64,000 bases of DNA, taken from NCBI GenBank assembly GCA_047495785.1, contig JBLDXI010000066.1:434001-498000 (forward strand), written 5' to 3'. This stretch comes from Lepidodermella squamata (Eukaryota; Animalia; Gastrotricha). The first letter of the stretch is position 1; each line of letters begins with the position of its first letter. The notes under the pieces are model-generated. The model saw nothing but the letters and a program-made list of their open reading frames with translations. It was not told where the DNA came from and made no database searches. Below, in pieces: positions 24,731 to 36,372 of the stretch. The position numbers were made by a program, and so were the translations under genes.

Positions 24731-24899
24731 CCGGTACCAAATTTCATTTAATTCAATACCTAACCATTTTATTCGTTTTTTAACTGGTTAGGGTTAGTGT
24801 TAGGGCTAGGGTTAGGTTAGGGTTAGGTTAGGGTTAGGTTAGGGTTAGGTTAGGGTCTTCAAATTGGGGATTTGAACTGTTGGGAATAATTTGGTACGG
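24731..24899. mobile_element. Small MITE-like element containing telomere-like repeats
   Basis: Ends CCGGTACCAAATT and AATTTGGTACGG. It sits among GGAACC/GGTTCC-rich inverted repeats at 24435-25100. Confidence 0.5.
24786..24856 (+). repeat. Interstitial telomere-like tract alternating TTAGG and TTAGGG
   Basis: GGGTTAGGTTA repeated about four times plus degenerate units. Confidence 0.85.
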
Positions 24900-26323
24900 A
24901 ATTCAATGATGTTTGGTAATGATTTCACTAAGTATATCCCATTTTTCAATTCAGCGGAATTTCTGCGCAAGGCTCAGCGTTTACTTTAGAAATCCACGTT
25001 GCCACAAATTTTGAGAATTATTTGAAAATAAAAATTTGGCCTATTTTGAGTTAGGTTCCGCATGATACAAATTAGGTTCTGCTCACCGTGAATTGGGTTC
25101 CTCTAAAAAAAATCCTGCAATTTATTTTCTATAATTATTTCTATTAACGAAATGCTCCCTTAAACGCGAGGGTAATTTTGAATTTTTTTCTCGAGGATCA
25201 AAAACCAGTCTTAATTAAAGGAAATTCAATATTTGAGACAAAGGTGCGCAAGGTTATTTTTTATTTATTTTTTGTAAAATTTAGGTGATTTGAAGGACCA
25301 TATTTTTTTCTTCAGAAAAATATTGTTTTCTTCAGAAATGTTTTTTTCTTGCAGAAATACATTTTTCCGCCAGAAAACCTATTTTTATTACCAGAAAAAG
25401 TTCAATATATTTTTAATGTCAAATCGTCATCTAACATTAATCTGACTCCCGGCAACTGTACCAGTTACTCAAAAAATCGAAAATCGAATAATTCCTGATC
25501 GCCTGATTCTGCGAAATCTGCGAAACCATTCAGCGATTAGAAACCCTCGTCTAATTTGTGTAATTCCTAAGACACAAAACAATGTTGCAAAAACCCAATA
25601 TATGATTATCACTAAGGCTAAGGCTAAGGCTCAAGATATTTAGGACATATTGTTAGGTCACGTGATTACGATGAAAAAGGTCTAATAAATAAAATTTATA
25701 CCTGGATGCCCCCGTTCTGGTGGTTTGCACCCAGAGGAAGGCCCCGGACCAGATGGATTAACGGAGTACATAGGAGTTTGTTTAAAGTATGACTCACTAA
25801 GAACATTTCTTTCACATCCCCAAGTTGGTCAATCTTTAATGAACGAATATGGGCGTGTTCGGCGGCCCCAATCCTCATCTATCAGAATAAGTAAGATTCC
25901 CAAGGTTTGGAGATGCTAGGAAAAAAAACAAAAAATTAATTTGCTTCGGATTAAATCATTTTTCGAAGCCCCGGACGGTACTTCTTGCCCGGCACTAACG
26001 GAGAATGAATAATCCGAAGGGTTGGCGATGAGTATAGCAAAGATAGCACACAAACTCAGCTGCCCGGAGTTAGAATGTAGCGCTGTCCGGGGTGAACATC
26101 GGATTCCTTGACAAAGTAGGTTCCTCCCTTCACCTCAGAACTTGCCTTTCTTGGAATGATCTCCCCGCGAAAATGAAGCACCATGACTAGAATTCTCGAG
26201 TATTTGAGGGAGTTGTAACCTTGAAATAACAATTTGGCTAATATTTTTCTTTTCTGGCAGGAAAAATATGTATTCTGGCGGAAAAATGTCTTTCTGTTAA
26301 AAAAAATAATTTCTGAAGAATAA

Positions 26324-29300
26324 CGGTGAATAGTAAGTTCGTACCCGCAAATTCGTAACGTGATCTTTTCGTAACAAACAGGTATCTTTTCGTACAACAT
26401 TTAGTGATCTTTTCGTAACACATTTTCGTATCAAAATCAAATTTTTCAAATTAATTTGGTGATCTTTTCATAACAAATTAAGACGAAGTTGTGATCGATT
26501 CGTAACGCTTTTAATATTGTTTAATAATAGCATCCCAGAGCTCTGTTGTTCCTGGTTGTAGTGTAGAACCTATCGGGAATTAACAGGGATTGGGCAGATT
26601 TGGTCTCGGGAGTTGAACTAAGGCTGCTTGGGGCGCGACTTCGGCTGTCGAGTTTGAGGAGGCTGGCGGAAGCGGAACTGGCTGAACAAATGGTTGAACT
26701 TGAGGTTGAGTAGTAGCGTTGCTAAGGGTTACACTTGCTGCCGAGGATGAAGCGGTGTTATCAGAAGGATTATCAGCAGTATCTATAGGGCGACTTCGCT
26801 CCCTCGTTCGCTCCCGCCCAACTCAGGGAGCGAACGAGGGCGAACGAGAGCGAACGCAGGTGTAAACGCGTGCGCGCGCACCAAGTAGATCGATCTAACG
26901 CAATTTCATTAAAAATCACCGATTTATGTCATTTTGCGCTCTAAATTTGCGGAATTCATATGCACAATGAATGTTTTTTAGCCAAGATTTTCGAAATTCT
27001 ATCGAATGGTGTCAAATTGAGCAAATTTCACGAAAATGAGCAACATTTCAAGTTAGCTAACATTTGTAGCCAATCGATAAATGCCATTACTTAGAAAATA
27101 ACTGTGAAAAAACGAATATATCACTGTACGAATTTACGGTTACGAACTTACTATGAATCATTTACTTTGGATTTTTGGGTGATTTGATTTGAAATGATTG
27201 ATTTAACAAGACCTGTGATTTACTGAAGAAATCAAATCAAAGTCACTGGTTCAACGAAAAATTCTGAAATTTGAAGCAAAGGTGGACAAGATGGTTTCCG
27301 ATTTGCCTACCAAGGTTGAGAATTTTTGCCTGATTTTTGATCATTTCAAACCAAAAATATACCGGAAAAATCCGGAAAACACCGGAAAAGCATTTTTCAG
27401 GGTTTTTTAATCCCATAATATTTTCGCACAGCTCTCAATTTGCTAGAACTATGATTCTAGGCCGAGATCCGAGATTATGCTTGCATACCTGGACATTGCT
27501 TCGAGTAGAATAAATATAAAGCCAGTAAACCTTACAGGTAACGAAAACGAGCCCCATTTAGCTCCGAACTAAAAAAGTTCCCCCTTAAATTATTTTATGC
27601 TTTATTTTAGAAATAAATTGCGTAGTGTTGTTTCGGAAACCTGTGTTTGATCGTTGCCGACTTGGAATACAAAAACTAGATACCTAGTAGTATTGTGTAA
27701 GTAGTAAGTAGTAGTATTGTGCGTGAATTTTTTGAAATTTATAAAAATTATTGTTAAATTTAAAAAATTCAATTCGACTAAAAAATAAAATTTAATTTTT
27801 CCTTTCCAACGCTAAAAAAACTCAAGTATAGGACTCGCATGGTCAGAACTGTGACAGGTTCCAGTAAAAATGAGAAATAACTAAACGGAAACAATGATAT
27901 GGAATAGCCGCGAGTTATATAAGGAATATATTTGTCCCTTGTGATAAGGCTAAAATAATACGATCGGCTTTATCGCATGTGTATAGCAAGTCCCACCATT
28001 GAGCTTATAATATTACAAACCAATTTTTGTGTTTTTTTGATAAAAAAAAAAGGTGCAAATGGCTCGTTCCGCTTATTTTGTGATACTGGTTGCTGCTTTA
28101 ATTGCATGCACAGGTAATAAATACTACCTATAATAATTTTTAATTGTGCCATCTTGTGGGTGAAAATTTTATTGATTAAATTGATAGCAAAATTAATCGG
28201 GCATTCCAACGAATTATTCACTTATTCCAAGTAAAAGCTGAAAAATAAGCTTATTTATTTATTTATTTTTCTATGAATTTAGCTGCCATCAAGTGCTATC
28301 AAGGAACTAGCGATACCAAGTATGACGAGGTTGATGGCTGCGTAGTTTGCCAGAAAATCGTCGCTGAAATAGCCGGCCTCGAAGGCACATCGAAGGCGTG
28401 CATGAAAACCGATCCCGGACTAGGGCTCGACTGCAAAACAACGACGATTGCAGGCGCCACCGACACGACGTGCTACTGCAACACCGACCTGTGCAACACC
28501 GCTGGTCACGTGGCTAGCGCCAAGGCCGCAATCACGGCTGCGTTAATCATCGCTGCTTATTTCGTGATGTGAACATACGCGCGCGAATTATTCGTGATTA
28601 TTTTGAAATTTAAATAATTTTGATTTCTGCTCATTTGCAATAATGTGCTGATTTGATATGATACGAATTACGCTTATTTTCACAGGCGTATATTTCGAAC
28701 GGAATCAGAAAATAAACAGCTATTTTTGAATAAATCGACGTTTTTTAATCACAAATAAAATTGAGAATTTTTTTACCCATCCAGTGGCGCTTCAGGAACA
28801 TGTTTGACAATCATCTGTCGACATTTTCTCCCGAAATTTCACTTGAAAATCGTTCAAATCGAAGAATAATTTTCTCGTCAGAAAAATATTCTTTTTCTCA
28901 GAAAAATATGTTATTCGATTCATAGTAAGTTCGTAACCGTAAATTCGTACAGTGGTATATTCGTAACAAATCATTTTCATACAGAGTAAATTCGTACCAA
29001 TACATTTTCGGATTTAAAGTAGTGAACTTTTCGTAACAAGAAAAAATATCATGATTTTGATTCGAAAGTGGTGATCTTTTCGTAACCAGGCGGAAATAAT
29101 AACACAGAAAGGTGGTCTTTTCGATGCGGACGGGTGATATGATGTAACCTTCTAGCATTTGAATACCATTAAATCACTAATAATCTAAGCCCTCATTCAT
29201 CTGCTATTCCGGAAGATGCGTTGTCATATTTGTAACCATACTTGTAATAGTGCACCCGGGTGCTCCCTAACCGCCCGGTTGATTCTCGATTTTTTTTTAT

Positions 29301-30045
29301 GTTATTCGATAGCCAAAGATCTAAATTAGATGGCAGGCCACAAGCGCCGTTCCAGAAAAAATCACCCAGCGAGAAAAACCCCGCAAATGTGGCCCTATTT
29401 CGCGAACTCGAGCCCACTCTCATTTTTAGGACGGGTTTGATGAGGCCTAAGGCGCCTTGGAGCCGGTCTAAGGCGCCTTGCATCATGATTCATCATTCCA
29501 AGGCGTCTTAGAGGGCTGTGATTCACTGTGATTCACGTCTTACGAAAATACAGGGCGCCTTAGGCTAAGACGCCTTTATGCGGTTTTTTTGCATTACGCT
29601 AGCCAAGGATCTAAATTAGAAGGCAGGTCACCAGCGCCGGTCCAGATAAAACTAACATCACCCGCACGATTTTGTGGCATAAAACCCCTAGCGGTATCAA
29701 GCTATTCCTGGTGACCTGCTAAGGCACCCTTAGTAAGGAAGTTCAACATGACGGAACTACGAGCAATGACAACAACAGTTTTTCCAACATGTTTAGCCTC
29801 AGCCTCACGTTGAAAACTGTTATTATTGCTCAAAAATGCTATTTTCAATCAATATTAAAAGCGTTACGAATCGATCACAACTTCGTCTTAATTTGTTATG
29901 AAAAGATCACCAAATTAATTTGGAAAATTTGATTTTGATACGAAAATGTGTTACGAAAAGATCACTAAATGTAGTACGAAAAGATACCTGTTTGTTACGA
30001 AAAGATCACGTTACGAATTTGCGGGTACGAACTTACTATTCACCC
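26324..30045. mobile_element. Pair of about 195-bp near-identical inverted termini (MULE/foldback-like) with a second inner pair of related ends
   Basis: 26325-26519 is the reverse complement of 29850-30044 (GGTGAATAGTAAGTTCGTACCCGC...). Inner ends 27110-27159 and 28917-28965 (GATTCATAGTAAGTTCGTAACCG) are also mutually inverted. No TSD found. Confidence 0.75.
28283..28572 (+). CDS. Ly6/uPAR (three-finger, Quiver-like) GPI-anchored protein, main exon
   Basis: AIKCYQG...CVVCQK...KAC...C...TCYCNTDLCN followed by a hydrophobic GPI-type tail. Phase-1 acceptor at 28282. No convincing signal-peptide exon found. Confidence 0.85.
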
Positions 30046-30779
30046 CTGAGGGGGATTTTGCGATCAAAAGACGCGGTTTTGCCGATTCCTTTGAAAAATT
30101 TTTTTTTACAATTTTCCGCTCAACAATTGAAAAACCGGAAGTGAATTTTGATTTTCCGATATTTTCGTTAGATTTGCGAATTATGTAGAGATATTTGAGT
30201 TCTAGGGGTAATCTGAGGCGCTAAACACGCTGGGTGCATCTGTTTTTACACTGGGAGTATCGGTTGTCGAATATCGATCATCGATTATACAGTGAATGAT
30301 TGATTTTTTTCGAATTTGGCCGAATCTTACTTTTAAAATGATCCTTCACGCTTAGATTCATAGCTGATTATCATAACTACCGCAACTCCTGATCTTGTAG
30401 CTGAACTTTGTGCCAACACTTTCAGCTAGGACGACATATTCCTGGTGATGTCTTACTATCTAACCGTCGGATTAGTCTGTTCAATTAAAACCGCGGTTTT
30501 TATTGTAATTGAGAAAAAACCGGTTTTTACCGGCACCGGTGTAAACTGGTAGAAACTGGTTTGAGTTTAAACCGAATACCCTGACTATAGTAGAGACGCA
30601 AGCTTGATAGTTAACAGTATTTACATGGCTTGCCAATAACGACTTCGTTTTGTTCTCCGAAATGAACGTTCGAAAATCACAAAGGAAGTGTTTCTTTGTT
30701 GTTCTCCTGATTAAGGCTCAGCAGTTTTTCCTCGTCTAGACAACCCCAAGCTTTTGCCATGAGTCATTCATAATTAGCT

Positions 30780-31200
30780 CTGACGGTAATTGCACTCTGG
30801 AAATAGCAGAATGGGTGCAAAAAGCCGGGTCGTGTAAAAGCTGGGGCATTAAATACATTTATAAAAAGTAGTATCCCTGCTAAAATGAAGGTGAAACGAG
30901 AAGTAATGACTCCGACATTCCTCTACGCCTGTGAAAACTGGAATGCAACCGTAGCCCACCAAATGAGGCTGTGGGTGGTTCAGATGAGGTGGCCTAGGGC
31001 TATAGCCAACGTCACAATCATGGACGAAGTCGGAAACGAAGACATGAGGTAAATTTGCGCGGGCATAGAACCCATCTCAGCTCAAACAGAACATAACTGA
31101 CTACGTCTCTTTCTTTCTTTCTTAGAATGAACGACACCCGATCCATGAGTGGCAGAGAAAGTTGGGCAAGGGGCAAGCCAAGGGTAGGATGGGATTAATG
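30780..31200 (+). mobile_element. RTE-type LINE reverse transcriptase C-terminal remnant
   Basis: PTFLYACENWNAT...RLWVVQMRWPRAIANVTIMDEVGNEDMR resembles the RTE motif LLYGCETW...RL...EMxxLRxIxGVTxxDRIRNExIR. Confidence 0.75.
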
Positions 31201-31967
31201 TAGTGCTTAGAGCTTACTGCACGCAAAAAATCTCGAAAATTAACAGAATCTTTTAAGCGTCTACATTGAAAATTGTCTGAATTGTGACAAAATTGAAGAG
31301 ACCACTCGTGATCGGTCTAATTAGAGGGCGTTCATTCGCGAACTTTTGGTCTTCAGGTTGCGGGGAACGGAATCATGCATATCATGCATATGATAATTGC
31401 ACGTCAATAACGTTTAAGTTTAAGTTTAAGTTTTTAAGTAACCCATCACCATTCGAGGAGTAACCCAGTGGACTAATTATCCATGTTACAAGAGTTCTTG
31501 CCCATGCATGAATCAGATATGCTAACCTTTTCATAAATCCACATTTTGATTTGGGCTTCCTTATCAAATCCACCATGTTGACGACGATTCTTACGTGTGT
31601 TAACCTCAGGGACGTGTCTTTAGTTGAGAATTTAGAACCCCTCAGTGCAGTCGACGCGGTTACCAGTGATCCGAAATTTGAGAAATTTCACCTTGAGTAT
31701 ACATTGGCGCCCGCTTAGCAGGCGCCTGTTGTTTTACTAGTAGATGATGTAATAGATCGGACACTCGCCTATTATTGCTAATTATGAAATTTGCACACTA
31801 AATTGAATGCATTTATTTAAAAGGTGAAAATAGTCGTGAGCCTCAAATAGCCTCAAACTGTTTGAAACTTATCCTTCAAGGATGCTAGTGATATCGTTAG
31901 CGACGTTGAATAACTCGGATTTAGGCTTATTTACGTCATTTTCAAGGTACCGGTGACAAGTAAAAAG

Positions 31968-32755
31968 TAGGGATGAGCCGAATATGATTTTAACAAACCG
32001 AACCGAACCGAACCGGTTAGTTTATTGAAAAAATTTCAGTTCATTTTGAATTCATAGAATTTAGGATTTAGGAAAATAATTTCAAAATTCAAAATTTTAA
32101 TTATATTTTTCTTTTTAAATTTAATTCAACACTCATTTGTGGACAAAGTTGAACGCGTTTACCGACGTGGACGCCGTTCGAGCACAACTAAATGCCTATC
32201 TGGCCTTGTCTCCAATCGACTTCGACGCAGACCCGCTCGTTTGGTGGCGAGATCACCGCGCGGAATTCAAGCTATTCGCCCCCCTGGTCCGAAAAGTTCT
32301 TTGTTGTCCCGCAGGTAGCGTCGACAGCGAGAGGCTGTTTTCCGTAGCTGGCAACGTCATCTCACCAGAACGGTACAGCCTGAACGGTGACAAAGCCGAG
32401 ATGCTCATTTTTTGCAAATACAATCTTCCAGTGATCAAATTCGACTACAATTTTAAGCCATAATTTCATATATATTCGAATTGAATTCTGAATTTTATTA
32501 TATTCGTCAACTCATAATTTGTAACATTGTAACAAGCTAATTTCCTTTATTACTTATTTTATCGATTCTTCATAATAAAAAGCAATCAACCTGCACGCGT
32601 TTTTCTTTTATTTAAATTTTAAAAAAATTCGGTTGAAATTCGGCTATTTTCTGCCAAACCGAACGGAATCCCACGAATTTCAGACCCAACCGGAACCGAA
32701 CCGAATACGTGTATTACCGAATAATTCGGTTATCCGAAATTCCGGCTCACCCCTA
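31968..32755 (+). mobile_element. Internally deleted hAT (Ac-like) element retaining only the dimerisation-domain coding region (32137-32463)
   Basis: TSD GTAAAAAG at 31960-31967 and 32756-32763. TIRs TAGGGATGAGCCG and CGGCTCACCCCTA. AACCG subterminal repeats. ORF DPLVWWRDH...VLCCPAGSVDSERLFSVAG...YSL...AEMLIF. Confidence 0.92.
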
Positions 32756-33895
32756 GTAAAAAGCGCTGTTTTTTACTTGAATAAAAAAGCAAAAACAAAT
32801 GACTTTTCACTTGCCACAGTTTACCTTGAAAGTGACGTAAACAAGCCTAAATCCGAGTTATTCAACGTCGCTAACGAAATTAAAACCTCAATGTGCGATT
32901 TCTTTTTCCTCGGGACTCTGACGCGAGCTACTGGAGGACGATAGCGGATAGAGTTCACAAGTTTGATTGGTGCTACGTAACATGGACGGCTGAATTGATT
33001 GAAGAGCGCCATGCAGCACAAAGGCAGCTGTTTATTAACGACCATTCTGCCAGAGGGCGATTTGTCGAGTTTTTCACTTCGTTAGCACAGACACGCTCAT
33101 GAATATAATATAACATACTTCATAGTGCATATTGTTCGCTTGCTTTGCCTTTTATTAAGAAGCGCGAAATAATGCTTTTTCCATAAATAATGCTTTTTTT
33201 ATCCTTCAGAGAAATTATCGAGCGGAAGTATCCGAAAATGAACTTTCAGGTTTTTAGCATTGCTTTAACATTTGACAGTGAGGAGGTACCTTGTCTCGCA
33301 GATAATGACAGCCTCAAAAGGGTTCACGACATTGCATTCAGCAAAGCAACAAGAGAAGGTTGTATCCTCGACCCAACAATCCAGTTTGAAAAATCAGCCG
33401 AAAAAATCAGCTGAGGTCCACCCGGGAAAGCGCGCTCATTACGAGCAATGTGGCGAATAATTTAGAGAAAAATACAACCTCGTCTCAGTCGAAGTGATCG
33501 GAAGTCAGAGCCCTAATGGACATTGTTATACTGCCGAGAAATAGGGCAAAGAGGGGGTTTTGAGCTTTCATTTTGGTAGTTGTTTGAACAACCAAAACAA
33601 CCAGCTGGTTACGCCACCTGGGGCAATCAATAATTTACATTTCTATAAATAGATACTCATCAATTCATTATTCATTATTCCCATGATTTTGAACACGCTA
33701 GCAGAATGTGTCGCACCTTGCCTAAACCTTTCATGCAAGAAAAGTAAAATTTTTATGAGGTAAATATAGTTAAGAGTGAACAAGTCACGCCGTTGACGTC
33801 AGTTAACCATTTGCCTGGACAAAAGCCAAGGTCTATTTTTCTCCCACCTTCTGCAAAACAGTTCATGCAAGAATTCAAAAAACGAGCAACTGGAA

Positions 33896-36372
33896 ATGGC
33901 AAAAGTTCTCAAAATTCTCATAGTAACGATTGCCTCCAATGTTTCCGCTGAATTCATATTCAGAGGGAAGTGCTCTAATTACTTCCTCGCCCAAGATATC
34001 GCGTTGAACGTTGATACAACCGATTTAGCTTGGAACCTCTACGTGATAAGAGGCACGAGTCGAAGCGTCGCAAATCAAGAACAATGCGAAACGCGATGCC
34101 TTGCGACCTCGTCACCACCGTGTCGCACGGCTTTCTATGTCCCTAGCCGCTTGGAATGCTGGCTTCTCAGGGCAGATAAGGACACAGCGATTGGGTTTGA
34201 TCGCGATCGCGAGGATGTAACTTCGGGAATTTTGATCGCTCCGCAGACGATAGGGGAGGGTGTGTCGGACCGAACCACGGGTATTGATGGCTGCGACGAC
34301 TTCTGTCCTGCAATCAGCCAGCCCTCAGCCGATGCCATCTCCCCAGTTTGCTTAAAGGATTGTCCAAACAACGAATCTTACTGCGCTGGTAGGGGATCAT
34401 ACAGTTATAGGTTTGTGACGAATTATTTCACGCGTTGTTATAGGTGAAATGGCTTCGTGCTTTGATGTCCCGAGGCGAGTCACGGTCATACAAAACAGGG
34501 CCGTATTTTCGCCTCGATCTGCCAGCGCCTATCCCTTTCAACTTTGGGTGAGTCATGAATCTATTTGAGACCTAAACAAATAATATTTTTCTCAGACAAT
34601 GTCCGTGACCAAAAAGCATGACTTCACCCATTTCCGCATTCATATATCAATCGGGGCTTGGAATAATTTCAATTCAAACCCCGGATGTTGCCCGCTACGG
34701 GACAGCTACGTCTATGTTACAATTAACGGTATCAACTGCGCTGGGGATGACAATATCTTCTGGGTCCTAGAAAGCGAATTCTACGACACACATAGCAGCG
34801 ATACTTTCAGCAAGTCATTGCACGGTGAATTCCCATGCACGCTCACAGACTTTCCAGCTGGAACTTATCAAGTCGTTTTCTATTACGACTATCGCTCCTT
34901 CGGCATGAGCCAGGGCAATGGAGCTAATATCGGCATGACTGTTAATGGCGTTTCGCCTCCCCACTTCATTTGGGTCGAGGAGTACATACCCTCAGACTAT
35001 TTCTTTAAATTGGGTTTGCAAAGTTCGTGAAAACCTCAGGTTTTACAATTGACTTTCGACAGATGACACGGCTAGGTGCCAGAGCGCGACTGTGAGTGTT
35101 CCCTACTGTCCATAGTTTGATCTTCTCGAAATATTCCCTAGGTCTATAATACAGTTTCTAAGCAATGGAAAGCTTTGAATTTCAATGGATGGCTTACTGG
35201 TGGAATGACTGACTGGGTTGGCTGATTATTTGAAATTTCAATATAATTTCAAGATTTCCTCCTTAAAAGGCAATTTGGAAGTACAAAAAGCGATCTGATA
35301 CTTCGTTGCTGCGAATTTACTGGCAAGGGACAGTTCTTCTGAACCTTTACGACCGCTGCATACGATTTTACTTCACAATCAACGACCGACTTTGCACTGA
35401 CCCTTACTCTATCGAAACTGTCTATAAGGAATTGACGTACGGAACTGGAACGAGCCGAGTTGGTCCATCCGGCTACACAATCGAACGTTGGTATCTCTTT
35501 ACGTAATTCACAGCTGAGGTACCTTTTCATTCCTTAGTTGATGGCGTGTGTCGCAATTTGCCAGCTGGGAAGTACGATATCAGGTTGTGGTGGGACCACA
35601 ATTGCGCCTACTATACAGATGGAGGCTCTGGGGGTAGCATCGATATCGGGAGAACGAAGCCATCCGGGATGATAGTCGAAGAAATTCACGAAAATCTACC
35701 CATCAACGTCTGTAAGTCTGATACGTTAAGGCTGATACGTTAAGGCAGTGATTATCTTGTTGCCATTCAGTTTTACTCAATGATGGAAGTGCCCTTCTTC
35801 TGCCCTACTTCAACAGGCGATATTATTCGATTACTGAAGGATGCAGAGCGCTGGCTGGTTCAGCCTGTTTAAGCCCTATCACGGTGAGCCTATTCAAGCA
35901 TCGGGTACATGTTTAACGTTTCCTGATTTTTTCAGACAAGGACGTATAACAAACTTCAAAACGCATCCTCCCTGCACGTAAAATGGTACGGAATGCAAGA
36001 AATGTGCACGAATGGAAATAATAATAATGAGGGGACGCGCTTCTACATCACAATCAATGGCGCTGATTGCACGAGCCCACAGCGCATCGAGTCCTGGTGG
36101 TACTTATACGGATTGGCTTACGGAGTATGTCGAGCTATGCCGAGTGTCGGTAAGCATGTTTAAATTCGATTCAATTCGTTCATTCGTACAAATTTGAAAT
36201 AGTGGAGGGCATTTGTCGCGGTCCGATACCAGCTGGGGCTGTAACAATAGGACTTACGATCGGCAAGGTCGACACAGCTGGTGGCTGGGGATCTTTCAAC
36301 AAGATTTACTCGGCTACCCTTGGTGGAGCGTCCTACTTAATGGTTGAAGAAACCTACGATGGGAATCTGTAA
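33896..36372 (+). CDS. Secreted protein: signal peptide + PAN/apple domain + three CTHRC1 C-terminal-like domains (multi-exon)
   Basis: PAN: EQCETRCLATSSPPCRTAFY...ECWL. Three repeats of K-x4-S-x-L-[RH]-[IV]...R-F-Y-x-T-I-N-x2-C-x2-P-x2-I-E...[DE]-G-x-C-R-x-[LI]-P-A-G...V-E-E at about 34600-35000, 35270-35700 and 35936-36372. Some exon borders are approximate. Confidence 0.75.

Noticed and set aside
26056-26423. ORFs here and at 28792-29158 and 29920-30188
   Set aside because: They translate the subrepeats of the inverted termini, not proteins.
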